A DNA stretch of 63,774 nucleotides, filler included, from Choristocarpus tenellus KU-1152 (Eukaryota > Protista > Phaeophyceae): the NCBI GenBank assembly GCA_964200185.2. It is 14 parts of 14 records of this genome, joined end to end, with 100 filler letters (N's around TTAATTAATTAA, not from the genome) between each part and the next. Parts side by side here need not be neighbours in the genome. Positions count along the whole stretch, not along the records: positions 3,430 to 14,085 come from CAXNAD020002801.1; positions 14,186 to 19,241 come from CAXNAD020012019.1; positions 19,342 to 24,816 come from CAXNAD020010663.1; 11 more parts are not named here. One strand, written 5' to 3'. The notes beneath the pieces were generated by a model. It worked only from the letters and a program-made list of their open reading frames with translations, was not told the origin of the DNA and did no database searches. Made by a program: the position numbers and the translations under genes. This document shows positions 12,124 through 24,794 of this stretch, piece by piece. Position 1 is the first letter of the stretch; every line of letters starts with the position of its first letter.

Positions 12124-12882
12124 CTGAGAGTGGTGGTACAGTTATCGAAATTATATTGATGTTACCAACCAAATCTAGACCATGAGGGTTCCTACTGGGT
12201 TCTTAACTCAGAGTATCAAAATAACTCCACTTCCTAGTGTCCAAAAACAGTCAAAAGAGGCACACCAAAAGTGAAAGTTTGGAGCAAAAACTGAAAGAAC
12301 AAATCATCACAGAGCTCTTCATTTCATGACTACAGCCCTCCACCCCAACACAAAAAAATACTAAAAAAACATTCCAACTCCGTAGCGTAACCCTTTCCAT
12401 CTCATCTCCATTGAAATTCAAAAAAATTACCCACACAAGGAAAATGCCCTGCACTCTGGTCGCATGTGGTTCCATCAACACAAATTTACACACAATCCCG
12501 TAACCAGTGTTGCTCCCCAGAAAACCCGCAAAATAACAAAAAAAACTGTGATTGCCTCATCCCTAACCCCTATGGATCCAATAACAAAAAATACACAAAC
12601 TCAGATAGTATTTGATATATTTTATTTTTCAATATAGTGATATAGACACACAACCACATGATATCTTATCCCCCCAAAAAAAGGAAAACAAAAAAACCAC
12701 CTGGAAAAAAATGTATATATTTTTCCCTCCCCCCCCCTAAGAAACGTGCACCAAGACTACAACTGTCAACTACAACAACATTTGCAAAGATTCTCAGCAT
12801 AACATACACTATTCCTTCATTGAATTTCTGGGGGAGGGGGGGGGGGGGCAGGGCTACAAAAAAACACTGGCTCTTCTTGTAC

Positions 12883-13023
12883 CTCATCGAACTCCGGCAA
12901 GGCTCCCTGCTCTTCCTCCTGGATCTCTTGATCACGCTCCTCCACAGTGCGAGTCTGTTTCTTCTCCACCTGGCGTTTGGTCACCTCAGCCATGTCCGTT
13001 TGGACGTCAAGCAGGGCCTTCAC
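12883..13023 (-). CDS. SF3A3: SF3A3 exon (gene 5'-truncated by contig end)
   Basis: VKALLDVQTDMAEVTKRQVEKKQTRTVEERDQEIQEEE..., phases 0/0, joins the next exon. Confidence 0.9.
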
Positions 13024-14185
13024 CTGAGGACAAATTAGACAAAAAAAAACACATAAAAATGTAGTAGGCATAGATAACTCAACACAAGAAAGTATTCGTT
13101 TTCATTTTTCCATTTGACCAAGCAAATTCATTTGTCCGGTGTAAGCAAGGACTTAATACATGTAAATTACACACACTCACACACACACACAGATGAATGC
13201 AAAAGTAACTCTCAATCTTGTGCGGACGTGAGGAATGACAATCAACACACAAGATAACATGTGGTTTGAGCATAAAGGGCACACCTCCACAAAGACAATG
13301 TATGCAATAGACCATGACATAATCCCTCTGGGGTACAATAAAATAGTACTACACAACACCACCTGGCAAGGAAAAATGTATGATGCGGGGGGGGGTTCCA
13401 GGAGGCACAGTCGAGCAATACAGCAAAATCATCAACAAAAAAATTGTTGCTCAGGTGTAACGAAATGGGAGGTCTAATCTAAGGCAAAGATCCAGATCAC
13501 ACAATGACCAAGGGGGCACTAGCAAGGTCACCATCGCCCACAAGTACAAGTACATCTATTAGTGCCCTCCTAGTCTCTGATTCTCTTAGCAAATTCAGAT
13601 ACCACTGTTCCTTCAAGGCCTCCTACCCATAGTCCTGGACATGGATGGCAAAACAACCCCATCAAACTTGCAAAAACTGAGCAATGTCACCAACAGTACC
13701 TCAGTATCTCGAGACACAGCTACATCATACATAAATAAATTACTTTCTCTGTACACCATCAGCAGTTTGCAGTCCAAAAAACTATAAATGCAAAAGATGA
13801 TGTCTTACAAGTTTGCCACTGAATTTCGATGCAGTCTTTACAAACCCAGCATGAGGACACACCAAAATCTCAACGAAATGTGACCTAGTCTACTATATCT
13901 ATTCTAACAACAACCACTATAGGGTCATATAAAACGCCTTACCAACACAGTTAAAAAACCACGACGCAAAATTTTCCAACTGGTGCCGAAGAGAGGAAGC
14001 AATACCAAGACAGTTTCAGGGGGGGGGGGGGGGCGCAAAAAAGAGTAAAAAGACGGCAAGACAGTGCACAAAAAAAAAATGTTGANNNNNNNNNNNNNNN
14101 NNNNNNNNNNNNNNNNNNNNNNNNNNNNNTTAATTAATTAANNNNNNNNNNNNNNNNNNNNNNNNNNNNNNNNNNNNNNNNNNNN

Positions 14186-14247
<62 letters not shown>

Positions 14248-15026
14248 GGTGTAGGTTGTGGAATATGATGTGAGAGGCGAATAGGTGTGTTTGTGTGTGT
14301 GTGTATGTATGCTTGCTGTTTAGTACATGCTATGCAAAGTGTATGGCTTAGGGTTAGGGTTAGTGGCAGTTCTGAAAGACACACCGAGAAGATTTTGTTG
14401 TCTGATCAATGTGGAGATGAGTGCTGAACACTAACCTATCGATATCTGTATTGTATGATCTATATTTTTTGTTGTTGTTTTTGTTGTTTTTGTTTCTTTT
14501 TTATGGTTCTGCAGAGATAGGGATGAGTACGTTTGTTCTTTTTTAAAATTAGATGTAACTGTTCATGCCTGAAGTATTATGCATTTATTTTCTATTGCTG
14601 AATGTACCCTTTCTGTACTAGAGTTGACATTATAGGGTATATGCTTTCATCGCGAGATAGACCTATGCTTGGAGTTTGATTGGTGGTTTGATGTTGAGAC
14701 TAGGTTTAGGATTTTGTGGGGGTGGGGGTGGGGGTGGGGGCGTGCGCGCGCGCAGGATGACTCAAGTGTCAGAAGTAATAAATTGTTGTGCACCAACTGC
14801 CCCATTGCCGATTCTTCTGTGAAGAATCTGAAATATTATCGACACTAAACGTCTGTTGCTCCAGAACAAGGTTTTCTTCCCCATTGGTTGGCGTTGGGAT
14901 TGTTTTTGTGCTGTTGGACTTGTCTGACCCAACCCCTTGCATAGAGGTACTCTCTGTCGCTCGAACTAATCGAGCTACCCTATCAAGTATTTACTGCGAG
15001 GAATCTCTCCCTATAGCTTGACCGAG

Positions 15027-15145
15027 GTTTTATTGTCTACATGTAGGTTAATGTCGACATGTTTTATTGTCTACATGTAGGTTAATGTCGACATGTTTTA
15101 TTGTCTACATGTAGGTTAATGTCGACATGTAGGTTAATGTCGACA
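15027..15145. repeat. 34-bp minisatellite, about 3.5 copies
   Basis: GTTTTATTGTCTACATGTAGGTTAATGTCGACAT at 15027, 15061 and 15095. Confidence 0.9.
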
Positions 15146-15438
15146 CCGTGCATAGTACACCTCCATTAACCTTATGCTTCATTGTTGTTGTGCTTGTGCG
15201 TGATGCCAATGGTCTGTACCACTCTTGTGTGTACGCTGATGCCACCTTACGTGTTAGAGGGCACACATTCATTACATGAAAATTGTACCGATCTTGTTTG
15301 GTGGACTCTCCCTTAACTCTGTGTGTATTGGCATTTGACGTGGAGGACACAATGCCTTCAACGCGAAAGCCACCGTATCACGTGGAAAACCATGTCCCCA
15401 ATTAATACGAAGCACAGATAAGCGCCACGGACCACAAT

Positions 15439-15571
15439 AACACCGACAATAACGCCATGCTCACACATTGAATACCTCCACCTGCAACATTACTATATTT
15501 TTTTTTAAAGGATCAGAAAAAAAAGAGTCAACAGCACCGGCGCGCGCGTGCGCACACAAACATACACACAT

Positions 15572-15611
<40 letters not shown>

Positions 15612-15671
15612 GCACACACACACACACACACGCACACACACACACATGCACATGCACACACACACACGCAC
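15439..15671 (+). repeat. Dispersed repeat with (CA)n tail (SINE-like), copy 1
   Basis: AACACCGAC...CTGCAACATTAC...GGATCAGAAAAAAAAG...CAACAGCACCGGCG followed by (CA)n. The reverse complement lies at 18444-18662. Confidence 0.8.
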
Positions 15672-16441
15672 CCTCCTGTGTAAGATAATATTTGAACCAT
15701 TGACTCAACCACACACCTACTGCCATGTGGTGGTCGTACTCAACCAAACCTCTCCTCCTCGGATGACCCTGTTGATTCTATTGATTCTGTTGACCCTGTT
15801 GATTCTCATACCCTTGTGAAAGTCTGACACGTGGTCTGGAGAAGCGCATATCAGCTCAATTTGCACAGATGCAAATGGCGGGAGTGGATGCCGGGGAATC
15901 GAAGGTGAATCTTAGATGAATCTTAGGTGAATCTTAGGTGCGGGCGTCGTAGTGGTGGCGAATGGGATAGTGGGGCGGTTCTGCTTATTTGTTTGTAGCA
16001 GTGATAAGGACACACAGTGATGAGGACATAGTTCCCTTGCTCATACCCCGGCTCAGTGCCAGGTTGTTCTGGGGGAGGAGCTTCCATTTCTGACCTCTGT
16101 TTTTTTGCAGAGTTTTGAACCCGGTACACTATTTCAAAATCTATTTGAATTGAACAGGCTTTCCTGAACTGTGCGTGGTGTGGAGCTGCTGTCCTGTATC
16201 TGTGTCCCCCTGCTCCCCCTTCTGACCTCCAGTATTTTTCTCAGAAACCGATCCGAAACCCCCGATGCAAAAAAAAAAAACCGTGAAAACTGTAACTGTT
16301 AAATATTGTTAATTACTGTTGAACAATGTTAATACTGTTAAAATGCTGTTAACATTGTTTAATGCTGTTACTACTGTTAACACTGTTAATATTGTTAAAT
16401 GCTTTTAATACTGTTAATATACTGTTAATATACTATCCTAG

Positions 16442-16686
16442 GTGTTTGCTACGTTGGGAGCATCGACAAACCTCTTGGTGGACTTGGAGGCGGTGGAGAC
16501 GGAGGTTGTTCCGTGCTTTCCCCTCGACTACAACATCATGGAGGTTTTCCACAGCACCTACGAGGGATTCCTCAAGTCCTTGTTGCTTCCACTGGTTTGC
16601 GGGCAAGACAGGATGGCGGAGTACGACGTGAGGGATATATTGGAGGCGATCAAGTGGCTGGAATACTACAACAGCAATATAGAGAG
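16442..16686 (+). CDS. SEC6: Exocyst complex component Sec6/EXOC3, internal exon
   Basis: LVDLEAVETEVVPCFPLDYNIMEVFHSTY...DILEAIKWLEYY matches the Sec6 DL..V...V.PCFP..Y.I motif. Donor AG|GTATCA, phase 2. Confidence 0.8.
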
Positions 16687-17245
16687 GTATCATGATACTG
16701 TCTCTCTCTCTATATATATATATATAGATATATAATTATTTATTTTTTCAAGGTGTGGTTGTTTGTAGGGCGTGTGATCTCTCTGTGCGACTTTTTTCTT
16801 TTTCTTTTTTTTTTGGGGGGGGGGGGGGTTAACTGACTTTTCTGTTTCTATTTGTAGAATTTTCATTGTTTTTTTTTGTTTTACCAAAAAAAAATTGCTT
16901 CATCTTCTATACTCTCTTCTGTTTTTGAGGAAAGTAGCGGGTTTTTTGCTTCAGCGTGTCATCCGATTTTTCGTTCCCTCGATTTCGATGAATGACGAGC
17001 TAGTTCCTAACCCTAACCCTAACCCACTTAAAGGCCTAGGTGTGTGTATGTGTGTGTGTTTTGTGTGTTCTGAATGAAATGAACCAAGCAGACTACCTTG
17101 TCCCATTAAACTCACACTCCAAGTCGGAAGATGTCCTTCTTCCGACGACCAACCTCATTACCCACCCCTTGTTTTTACCTGGCAACTAGTTTTTCCTCCT
17201 GGTTAACTTGTCTTCTTTTTCTGTTGCTCCATTTGTGTTGTCCTT

Positions 17246-17289
<44 letters not shown>

Positions 17290-17571
17290 TGAGTGTGCCT
17301 AGTAGTATTCGATTTGTATACCGCCGTGTCATGGTGTGGTGTGATCCAAGTGTATGTATGCCTGCGATTGTGTTTGTGCACATTACTTCTGTCACACTAT
17401 ATACCCGATAGCAGTAACGGTTCTCTATGTGAAAATAACTCTATGTGAGAATAACGCCTCCGGGAAATGGAGATGGTCTCAATGTCTTGGTATCGTCAGA
17501 GGCTCTAGGACACCCCATGTGAGCACGGACGCCTTAATTCACGAGTTTACATGGTGAGCATGGACCATCAG

Positions 17572-17621
17572 TCCCCAGCGGGGATAACCTCCCCAGCGGG
17601 GATAACCTCCCCAGCGGGGAT
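17572..17621. repeat. 18-bp tandem repeat x3 (TCCCCAGCGGGGATAACC)
   Basis: Head-to-tail units with no spacers. Confidence 0.85.
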
Positions 17622-18007
17622 CAGTTGTTGCATCTCAGTATCCCACTACAGACTCACAAATCTGTAGTGGATCTTGAGATGAGTCGTGACTCAAAACACT
17701 GACCTGGGCCAATTACCTGACTCTCTCTGCAGCGGAAGGATAATTAATGATAATTAATGAAAATTATGCACTTCATGGGACTCGGGAAAGAAGGAGTAGT
17801 GGAGTAGTGGAGTAGTGGACTGACAGCCCACGGATCCATTTTAGTGGTGCACTGTCCTCTGACCTTTGAGGTACATGTTTAGAAGATGTTGAGGTACCGG
17901 CGTACCCACGAGGCAGAGGTCCTGCGTGATGCTGGAGGCCCCCCGTGGGAACAGACGTATCTGATTGTGGGTATCTCGTTGCACTCTTTTCATTCTCATT
18001 GTTTGTG

Positions 18008-18081
18008 TACATACATACATACATACATACATACATACATACATACATACATACATACATACATACATAAGAACATACATA
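18008..18081. repeat. (TACA)n microsatellite
   Basis: Seen directly. (TG)n tracts also occur at 17248-17288 and 18444-18545. Confidence 0.95.
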
Positions 18082-18145
18082 CGCTGCGACGCGCGTGCTC
18101 GTGCGATTGTGCGTTGTTTGTTTGCTTGTGTACACCTCCTATCAG

Positions 18146-18326
18146 GTGCGAGGAGTTTGTAGAGGCCATTGTTGGCCTGAACGCAGCATACCTCATCCGT
18201 ATCAAGGGTCAGATCATGAAGTGGGTCCAAAACCTCAAGGGTCAGAAGCTAGAGCTGATTCAAGATGCTGAAGGGCGGTTCGTCACCACCCTCCCGGACG
18301 ACATGTTCAACCTCATCAACATACAG
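18146..18326 (+). CDS. SEC6: Sec6/EXOC3 internal exon
   Basis: (R)CEEFVEAIVGLNAAYLIRIKGQIMKWVQNL...DAEGRFVTTLPDDMFNLINIQ matches the Sec6 D..G...T..P.D.F..IN.Q motif. The phase-2 acceptor fits the previous exon; the donor is probably GC. Confidence 0.8.
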
Positions 18327-18441
18327 GCATGTATTTGTTGGTGTTGGGGGGCTTCTTCTTCTTTTTCTCCTTCAGGGAGTTGGTGCGTTTTGCCCGTGAC
18401 GAGAGCTCTGTGAAGGGTTGGGTTCTGATGCGGAGGTTGTC

Positions 18442-18443
<2 letters not shown>

Positions 18444-18483
<40 letters not shown>

Positions 18484-18662
18484 TGTGTGTGCATGTGTGT
18501 GTGTGTGTGTGTGTTTGTGTGTGTGCATGTGTGTATGTTTGTGTGCGCGCGCGCTCGCCGGTGCTGTTGACATCTTTTTTTTCTGATCCTTTTTAATAAA
18601 AAATACAGTAATGTTGCAGGTGGGGGTATTCGATGTGTGAGCATGGCGTTAATGTCGGTGTT
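18444..18662 (-). repeat. Dispersed (CA)n-tailed repeat, copy 2 (inverted)
   Basis: Reverse complement aligns with 15439-15671. Confidence 0.8.
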
Positions 18663-19187
18663 GTATCGATATTGGCTCTTGATTTGATGTTTTACACGTA
18701 AGAGGTAACGTTTTGCTTCATCTACTTCTGTGGTACGGACTTAGGGTTAGTTTCTGGTCCCCGGTAGTTCTGTAGTAACCTTTGGGGCTTGTTTACGGAA
18801 TTTCAAGCAGAAGTGGAAAGGGCACTTGGTGGACGAGAATGACTTTATAATCCCTCTGGCGAAGTGCTGCTGCACTGAACTGTAGGGGTTGGTGTATGGA
18901 GTGGGTAATGTTCGGTGCGTTTAGAGCATACCTGGAGTATAGTATCTTTGTAGGTGAAGTGTGTTCAGTGTCCTACAGTTGTGTTGTCTGCATGTTTTTT
19001 TGTTTTTTTTCAGCGTCTGGGCAAGTTCGAAGGATGCATACTCTACATACAATACGCCTCTGAGAAAGGCTACAGGTGTTTAACACAGGGGTCACGAGTT
19101 GAACCTACTTGATAATACAGCAGCACTACGTGAAGCCACATGAAATATACACTTCACATAAATGAGATCCGGCATGGTGGTAGGTAT

Positions 19188-19241
19188 GACCCAAAGTATC
19201 TGGGGCGAGGGAGGGGGGGGGGGGGGGGGGGGGGGTACACC
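19188..19241. mobile_element. MITE family B end (contig end)
   Basis: GACCCAAAGTATCTGGGG...polyG...TACACC. Confidence 0.7.
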
Positions 19242-20138
19242 NNNNNNNNNNNNNNNNNNNNNNNNNNNNNNNNNNNNNNNNNNNNTTAATTAATTAANNN
19301 NNNNNNNNNNNNNNNNNNNNNNNNNNNNNNNNNNNNNNNNNGGGGGGGGGGGGATAGGTCTCATTCGTGAAAACGAAGTAAAAAAAAGAAGCAAAAACCA
19401 CGAGAGGGTTTGCTGTGAACAGTACTCAACAGTATGAAGAAGAGGGAGGAAATGAATTCTTCGTTCTGCGTTTTCACATCAAAAAAATAGATTTATGTAG
19501 ATGAAAGAAAAGGGGCTGTGTGACTAGGAGCAAAAAAAAAGTAGGTACTGCTAAGTCTGTGTGTGTAGATACACCTTGCAGGCCGAGGGTATAGAAGCAC
19601 ACCTAATTAAAGTTGATCACGAAAACTTATCAAGGGCAATGTGGGTTGAGTACAGGCAAGGTCACAAATCTATACATCTATACATCTACCTGTGAGCCGG
19701 TAGGTGAGCTCTATCCTAAACCACAGGCTAAATCCTGCACACAGAGCCGGCCATCAAACAGGAAAGCAACGAGATGATGAGAAGGAACTCTGAGATTGGG
19801 AGCCATCATTCCCAATGTGACATGTTTTACACTCTTTATATTCTATTGGTTTGTGTATCACATGCCGAAATCACTCCAAGCAAAATGCCTGAGAAAGGAC
19901 ATAGTACGCCACCTAGCACTTCTCCAGGCTGCTTACACCATGCAATGGGTGCATTGTTCCAAAAAAGGTTACATTTTAACAGTGAAAAAAGTTCAGCAAA
20001 CACAAAAGAAAGCACAAGGTACAGTGAGAGCAAGAATGTGGTCTTGATCGTATCCCATACATACATCGCAGTAGGTATCAAGGAGGAGGAGTCCACATTA
20101 AATTCCTCTTGATACATAAGCCATCCCCACTTCTTTAC

Positions 20139-20974
20139 CTGTATGAGCCTCCACTCTCCCTCCTTCCACGGATGCCACCTCGAGTTGGCGTTGTAGCCGC
20201 CCAGCTCACACCACGAGTCCGAAGTCTTGAGGAAACGGATGAAGGACCATCCAACGGCGACACCGGTGGGCTGAGCCCCAGTCCCATAAGGCCCCGGAGG
20301 GGGGTTGAAGGCGACAACGTTGCAGCAGAGACTGAGAGCACATCTACGAAGTCTCCAACGCCGCCAGTGGATGAATGCCCCCGTGATGACCGTGAGTGTC
20401 GTTTTCGGGATGAAGAAGGGGAAGAGGTGACTCCCTCCTTGCCACTGCTCCTACCCCTGCTTCCATGCGTTCCACTTGAAGATGACCTTCTGATCCTGGT
20501 CTCCCAGCTAGAGCTTAGCCCACGCCCCCTGCGCGACGACATCGGAGATGCTGGGGATGTCGGCGACAGGCGATGACTGACCGTCGATCTTGGAGGACTT
20601 GCAGATATATATCCACTGGTGGGGGAATCGCCACCATCTTCAGACCAGAGGTCTCCCCATTGTTGCTTTAGATTTCGATTGCTTCTGTATGCTGAGGCTG
20701 GAGGTGGTGGTCTCGTGGGTAGGGTCCGTGCCGGGCTTTGCGAAGGACTATGAGCGGTCCGTCTTACTACGGGTAGACTTGAAGGAGTCCGTGAAGGGCT
20801 GTGGGATGGCGGTCGCCTAAGAGGGGATGGCATCGACCCAGCGTAAGGGGCGTGGGCCTCAGATCGAGGGGCAGGACGACCTTCAGGGCCAACTTCAACG
20901 TCGAGCTTCGACGGAGAGGGGGAGAAGCTCCGATTGGTATCAGATGAAAAACCTTCCGTTTCCCTAAACCCCAT
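20139..20974 (-). CDS. Probable first exon of an unknown gene, Ser/Pro/Arg-rich disordered region
   Basis: CpG-rich 342-codon open frame. First ATG at 20974 (MGFRETEG...), strong donor CAG|GTAAAG at 20138. No recognisable domain. Confidence 0.6.
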
Positions 20975-23504
20975 TAGGCACAAGCGGCCTTCCGCACAGA
21001 ACCCCCCCAACCTAAGTCCGAATTGTAGATCTGAAAGACCTAGCACGTTGGCTTCTCCCTCTGTTGCCAAGAATGCACGCCTCTCCGTGGCAACACCTTT
21101 GTGCTTGCTGGGGACGGTCAGTAAGGCGGGCAATGAATTCCCTGAAAACCCTTCGAGCTGCACCAGCCTCGACTAAATCACCTCCTACCTAGTCTTCAGG
21201 CACGGACACTCTCGATGGTAGAACATGCCGTTGTGCAAACCCAGAACGCTGCACAATCAATCACCGTTGAAATGAGAACGCCTCGTAAGTACCCTCGTGA
21301 ATTGGACACTCTATAGATGGTAGTTGGTGTGTTAATAGCGTTCTGTGAGGATAAAGGTTCAACGGGCCCAAATCCTTCCTATGATTTTGTTCATATCACC
21401 ATCATTCGAATCACAAACGATCTACACAACAAAACAATTGTAGTTGTGTGCGTTCAATACGCAAGACGAGGAGGCGAATGGCGCGCGGCCTCCTCACACA
21501 CGTATGTTGAAAACTACTCCTTTTTCAAAATCACTCATTGATCTAGCAAATCGCACCATTTTCAGAACATGCGTACGTTTCTTTAAGGAAGCCAAACAAG
21601 GTTTTTCACAACACTTATCAAACAAGTATAATTTTTTTATTTTTTGTAATTTGGCGTAGAAACAAAAGTCACCAACAAAAAATGATGTGAGAGTAGTAAG
21701 ATTTCTTGCGAAGTTTATCTTGATGTAGTGACAGGTTTTGTTTCACTTTCAAAAACAGTTGTAGTCTGTCAACCATAGTGTTCACAAGGTTCCAAACTTA
21801 GGAGGGAGTCGTCCCTCTCACTGATCCTGCCATTCCCTCCTACATATCGATTGTATTGTCTTGGAAGTGTGCTTTGGAGGGATTTATCGCTCAGTCCATC
21901 TTCAGAAAGAACAAATCCAGTCTCGACCATCTCCTAACCCATCCTGACTGAGCACTCTATGCCACTCCATCGGGGGGGCTCTGTGCCCTAATGCTGTGGT
22001 ACTGAAAAACTTCAATTTGTCTATTATATGGACTCTATTTTGTTGTTGATCACATTCGACTGTATTTTGAGGGGTGCGTGCAGACTACACAAATTTATAG
22101 ATTATGCTCTCACTCGCAACTCCTCTAAAAAGTCATATTCATATTATTTTATTATTATGCCCTCTGACATTTTGCAGATGTGTCAGGGGGGAAACCAATG
22201 AAAACCATTCATATTATTGCGTTTGTTATCGTGAGTGCGGGATGTATATCATGTAATAGATGAGTGCGTAAGGCTGAACAAGCCTTTTTTATAATGGTAG
22301 AAGTTTGATATACCCAAATTCTCATCTTCAAGACGTAGTGGTTTGTTGAAACCGCCACATAGAACCATTGTGCGCTACATACCCCCCAGTTTGATGGATA
22401 ACTGCTTCAACGTACAGGTCAGGAAATTGCACAAGGAAAGAATATGCCGCTCTCCTATCCTACAATAACCGCAGTAGATATGAAATAAGAATCGCTTCCA
22501 GGTCTTAGAATGTCAATAGGCACCATTAGGGATCTAGGTGATGGCGAAACTGGACAGGGAAAAAACTTAATTCTTGTGGGAAGAAAATATGCCACAAAGA
22601 GACCTCTTCATTACAAATTCAGAACTAGAGAGAAATGAAAACAAAAAAAGTCAAAGTAATACCAAAACCAACCTACAGTCACAAAAAGAACTTGTTCTCG
22701 CAAAAGAAAAACTCAAACATGAAAATTCACAATAACCCACAAACAAGATAATGTCAAATATAACCTTGCCCACAAAGGAAAAAAAGTCGAGCCAAACCGA
22801 TTGAGAGATGGGTAAAGTTGCATTTCAAGGATTGCGAGAGAGGGCAGCAAGACACTTTTTGTGCAATTGCAGAAGGAATATTTGCTTGATTGTGGAGGGC
22901 AAGACTCCTACCCTATCAAATGCTTTGACTCTCTCCTCTCCTTTCTCATCCTGTCACACCTTCTTGACAGGGTTACCAGTGTGGAACCGACAATGTTCTA
23001 ATATCCACTACAGTCACTCTTCGGCACAGACTTCTCCCTAGCGGTGAGATACTCTCTCGGTCCAGGGCGTGCCCTTGACAGTTTTCTGTCTCATTATTTA
23101 GTGTAAGAGTTCGGTGAGGCTTTAGAAGTGAAGATCACCGCAGGGGTACGGACCCCCAAAAACTATGACGTCCTTCCTGAACTTCAGTTGTTCTACATTT
23201 CTCATATCTTTCTACTACTGCTTCATTTTAACCTTTTTTTAGAGTTATTTCCTTTTTCCTGGAAATATCTTGTTCATAAGACAATATTCCGTTCTGTGTC
23301 TTTGACTTTGAATAGCATAATTCGAACACCCCCACTTGCTATGCCAAGTCATTCGTTCTTGCAAAAAACTCCAACGAAATATCTCTTTCTTAATGCTTCA
23401 TCTCGTTTTCTGGCTACATCCAAGTGAGTTCATTCACACCAACGAAGATTATATATATCCTCTTCCCCTAAATACATTCACTCCTCATTCATTATGATCT
23501 TGAC

Positions 23505-23941
23505 ATGCCGTTGGAAACGTGTCTTGTCCAGAGTCTTCGTCAGCAAGTCAGCATGCTGGTCTTCTGCCCCGACACTACATATTTCAATCTTGCCCTCTCA
23601 GTGCAAGTGTCAAATGAAGGGGAATTTCACGTCAATGTGCTTGGTTCAATGGCTGCTGAAGGGGTTCTTTGCCATCTTGATAGCGCCCTAGTTGTCCTCC
23701 ATGGTTGTGATGCAGTACTCCATCATTCATGGTAACATAAAGAAATATGTAAATTGTTGCACTTGGTGTAAGAACATGATTTCCTTGGCCACCTCAGCTA
23801 TTGCCATGTATCCCACCTTGGTTGTGGATATGGCAATCACCCTCAGCATCCTTGAGAAACGTGAAATTGCTGCTCCTCCCAGCATGACAGGTCCTTCCGA
23901 AACAGATAATCTGTTTTCCAAGTCAGTAGCATATTCCTTGT
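23505..23941 (-). mobile_element. Ty1/Copia RNase H remnant (pseudogenised)
   Basis: YATDLENRLSVS...GAAISRFSRM...IAISTTK.GYMAIAEVAKEIMFL...EDN*GAIKMAKNPFSSH*TKHIDVKF...EDQHADLLTK. Truncated by a family-A MITE. Confidence 0.9.
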
Positions 23942-24199
23942 GAGCCAAAGTATCTTAGAGGGTAGAGCCGCGTCCATTTGGGGGCTAAAATCTAATGTTG
24001 CGATTTTGATGTAATTTCGACTATCGTATTTGTTAGGAAGTGTCAATATCCTTGTTCCGGACAAGTTTTCATAACATGTACAATTTACCTGCTCCTAAAC
24101 ATTTTTGAGTAGGAAAAATGTCCTAAAAGAACCTATGGGAAGCCAAGCCCCAAATGGACAAACAGGGCAAAACTCGTACCCTCTAAGATACTTTCACTC
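23942..24199. mobile_element. MITE family A, full copy (258 bp); a further partial copy at 24229-24290
   Basis: GAGCCAAAGTATCTTAGAGGGTA ... TACCCTCTAAGATACTTTCACTC. Confidence 0.9.
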
Positions 24200-24794
24200 A
24201 TCTTTTTGCTTTCAACTCTTCGAACTTGGAGTGAAATTATCTTAGAGGGAACAAGTTTTTCCCTGTTTTTCCATTTGGGGCTTGGCTTCGCTTTGGTTTG
24301 AAGAGCTTCTTTTTATACATGTGGACAAGTACATTCTATTACAAAATTGCACAACATATCGTGCGTGTGTTCTTGATTCATATGGTTTAGATGCAGAACA
24401 CGTAACATAAAGCGCCCATCCCTTCAAGAACATTGTTTTATTTTTGTGTCGGTATCTTTGAGTAGGAAGATCGTGTAAGATATCATGTTCTGATTTTTGA
24501 TTGATATAATATGCACACTAAACGACAGACCAGAAGGACCAAGGGGATGAGGTAAGGTTGGACAAGGAGAAGAGGTGGAGAGTGGAAAAGGTGAGGATCC
24601 GATGAGTATAGTGGGTATGCATAGTGACAGTAAAAGGCATGAAAGTGAGTCCCTTGACTCCTGATATCTCTAGAACTAGCGAGTTTCCCCTTGGGAGCAC
24701 TAGCATCTTGAAGAGATCCTATGGACCATATGTTGTATCTCTCACATTACGACAATTATTACTTTGTTTTGCTCACAAATTATGGATGATTATT

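Noticed and set aside
17572-17621. Repeat resembling the 3' half of the type I-E CRISPR repeat (CCAGCGGGGATAA.CC)
   Set aside because: Units are head-to-tail with no spacers, only 18 bp long, inside a eukaryotic intron, and there are no cas genes.
18376-18435. Possible extra Sec6 mini-exon after a strong pyrimidine tract
   Set aside because: The open frame is not phase-compatible with the upstream donor and shows no Sec6-like motif.
15461-18644. His/Thr, Cys/Val and YVCM-rich ORFs in the ORF track
   Set aside because: They are translations of (CA)n/(TG)n and (TACA)n microsatellites.
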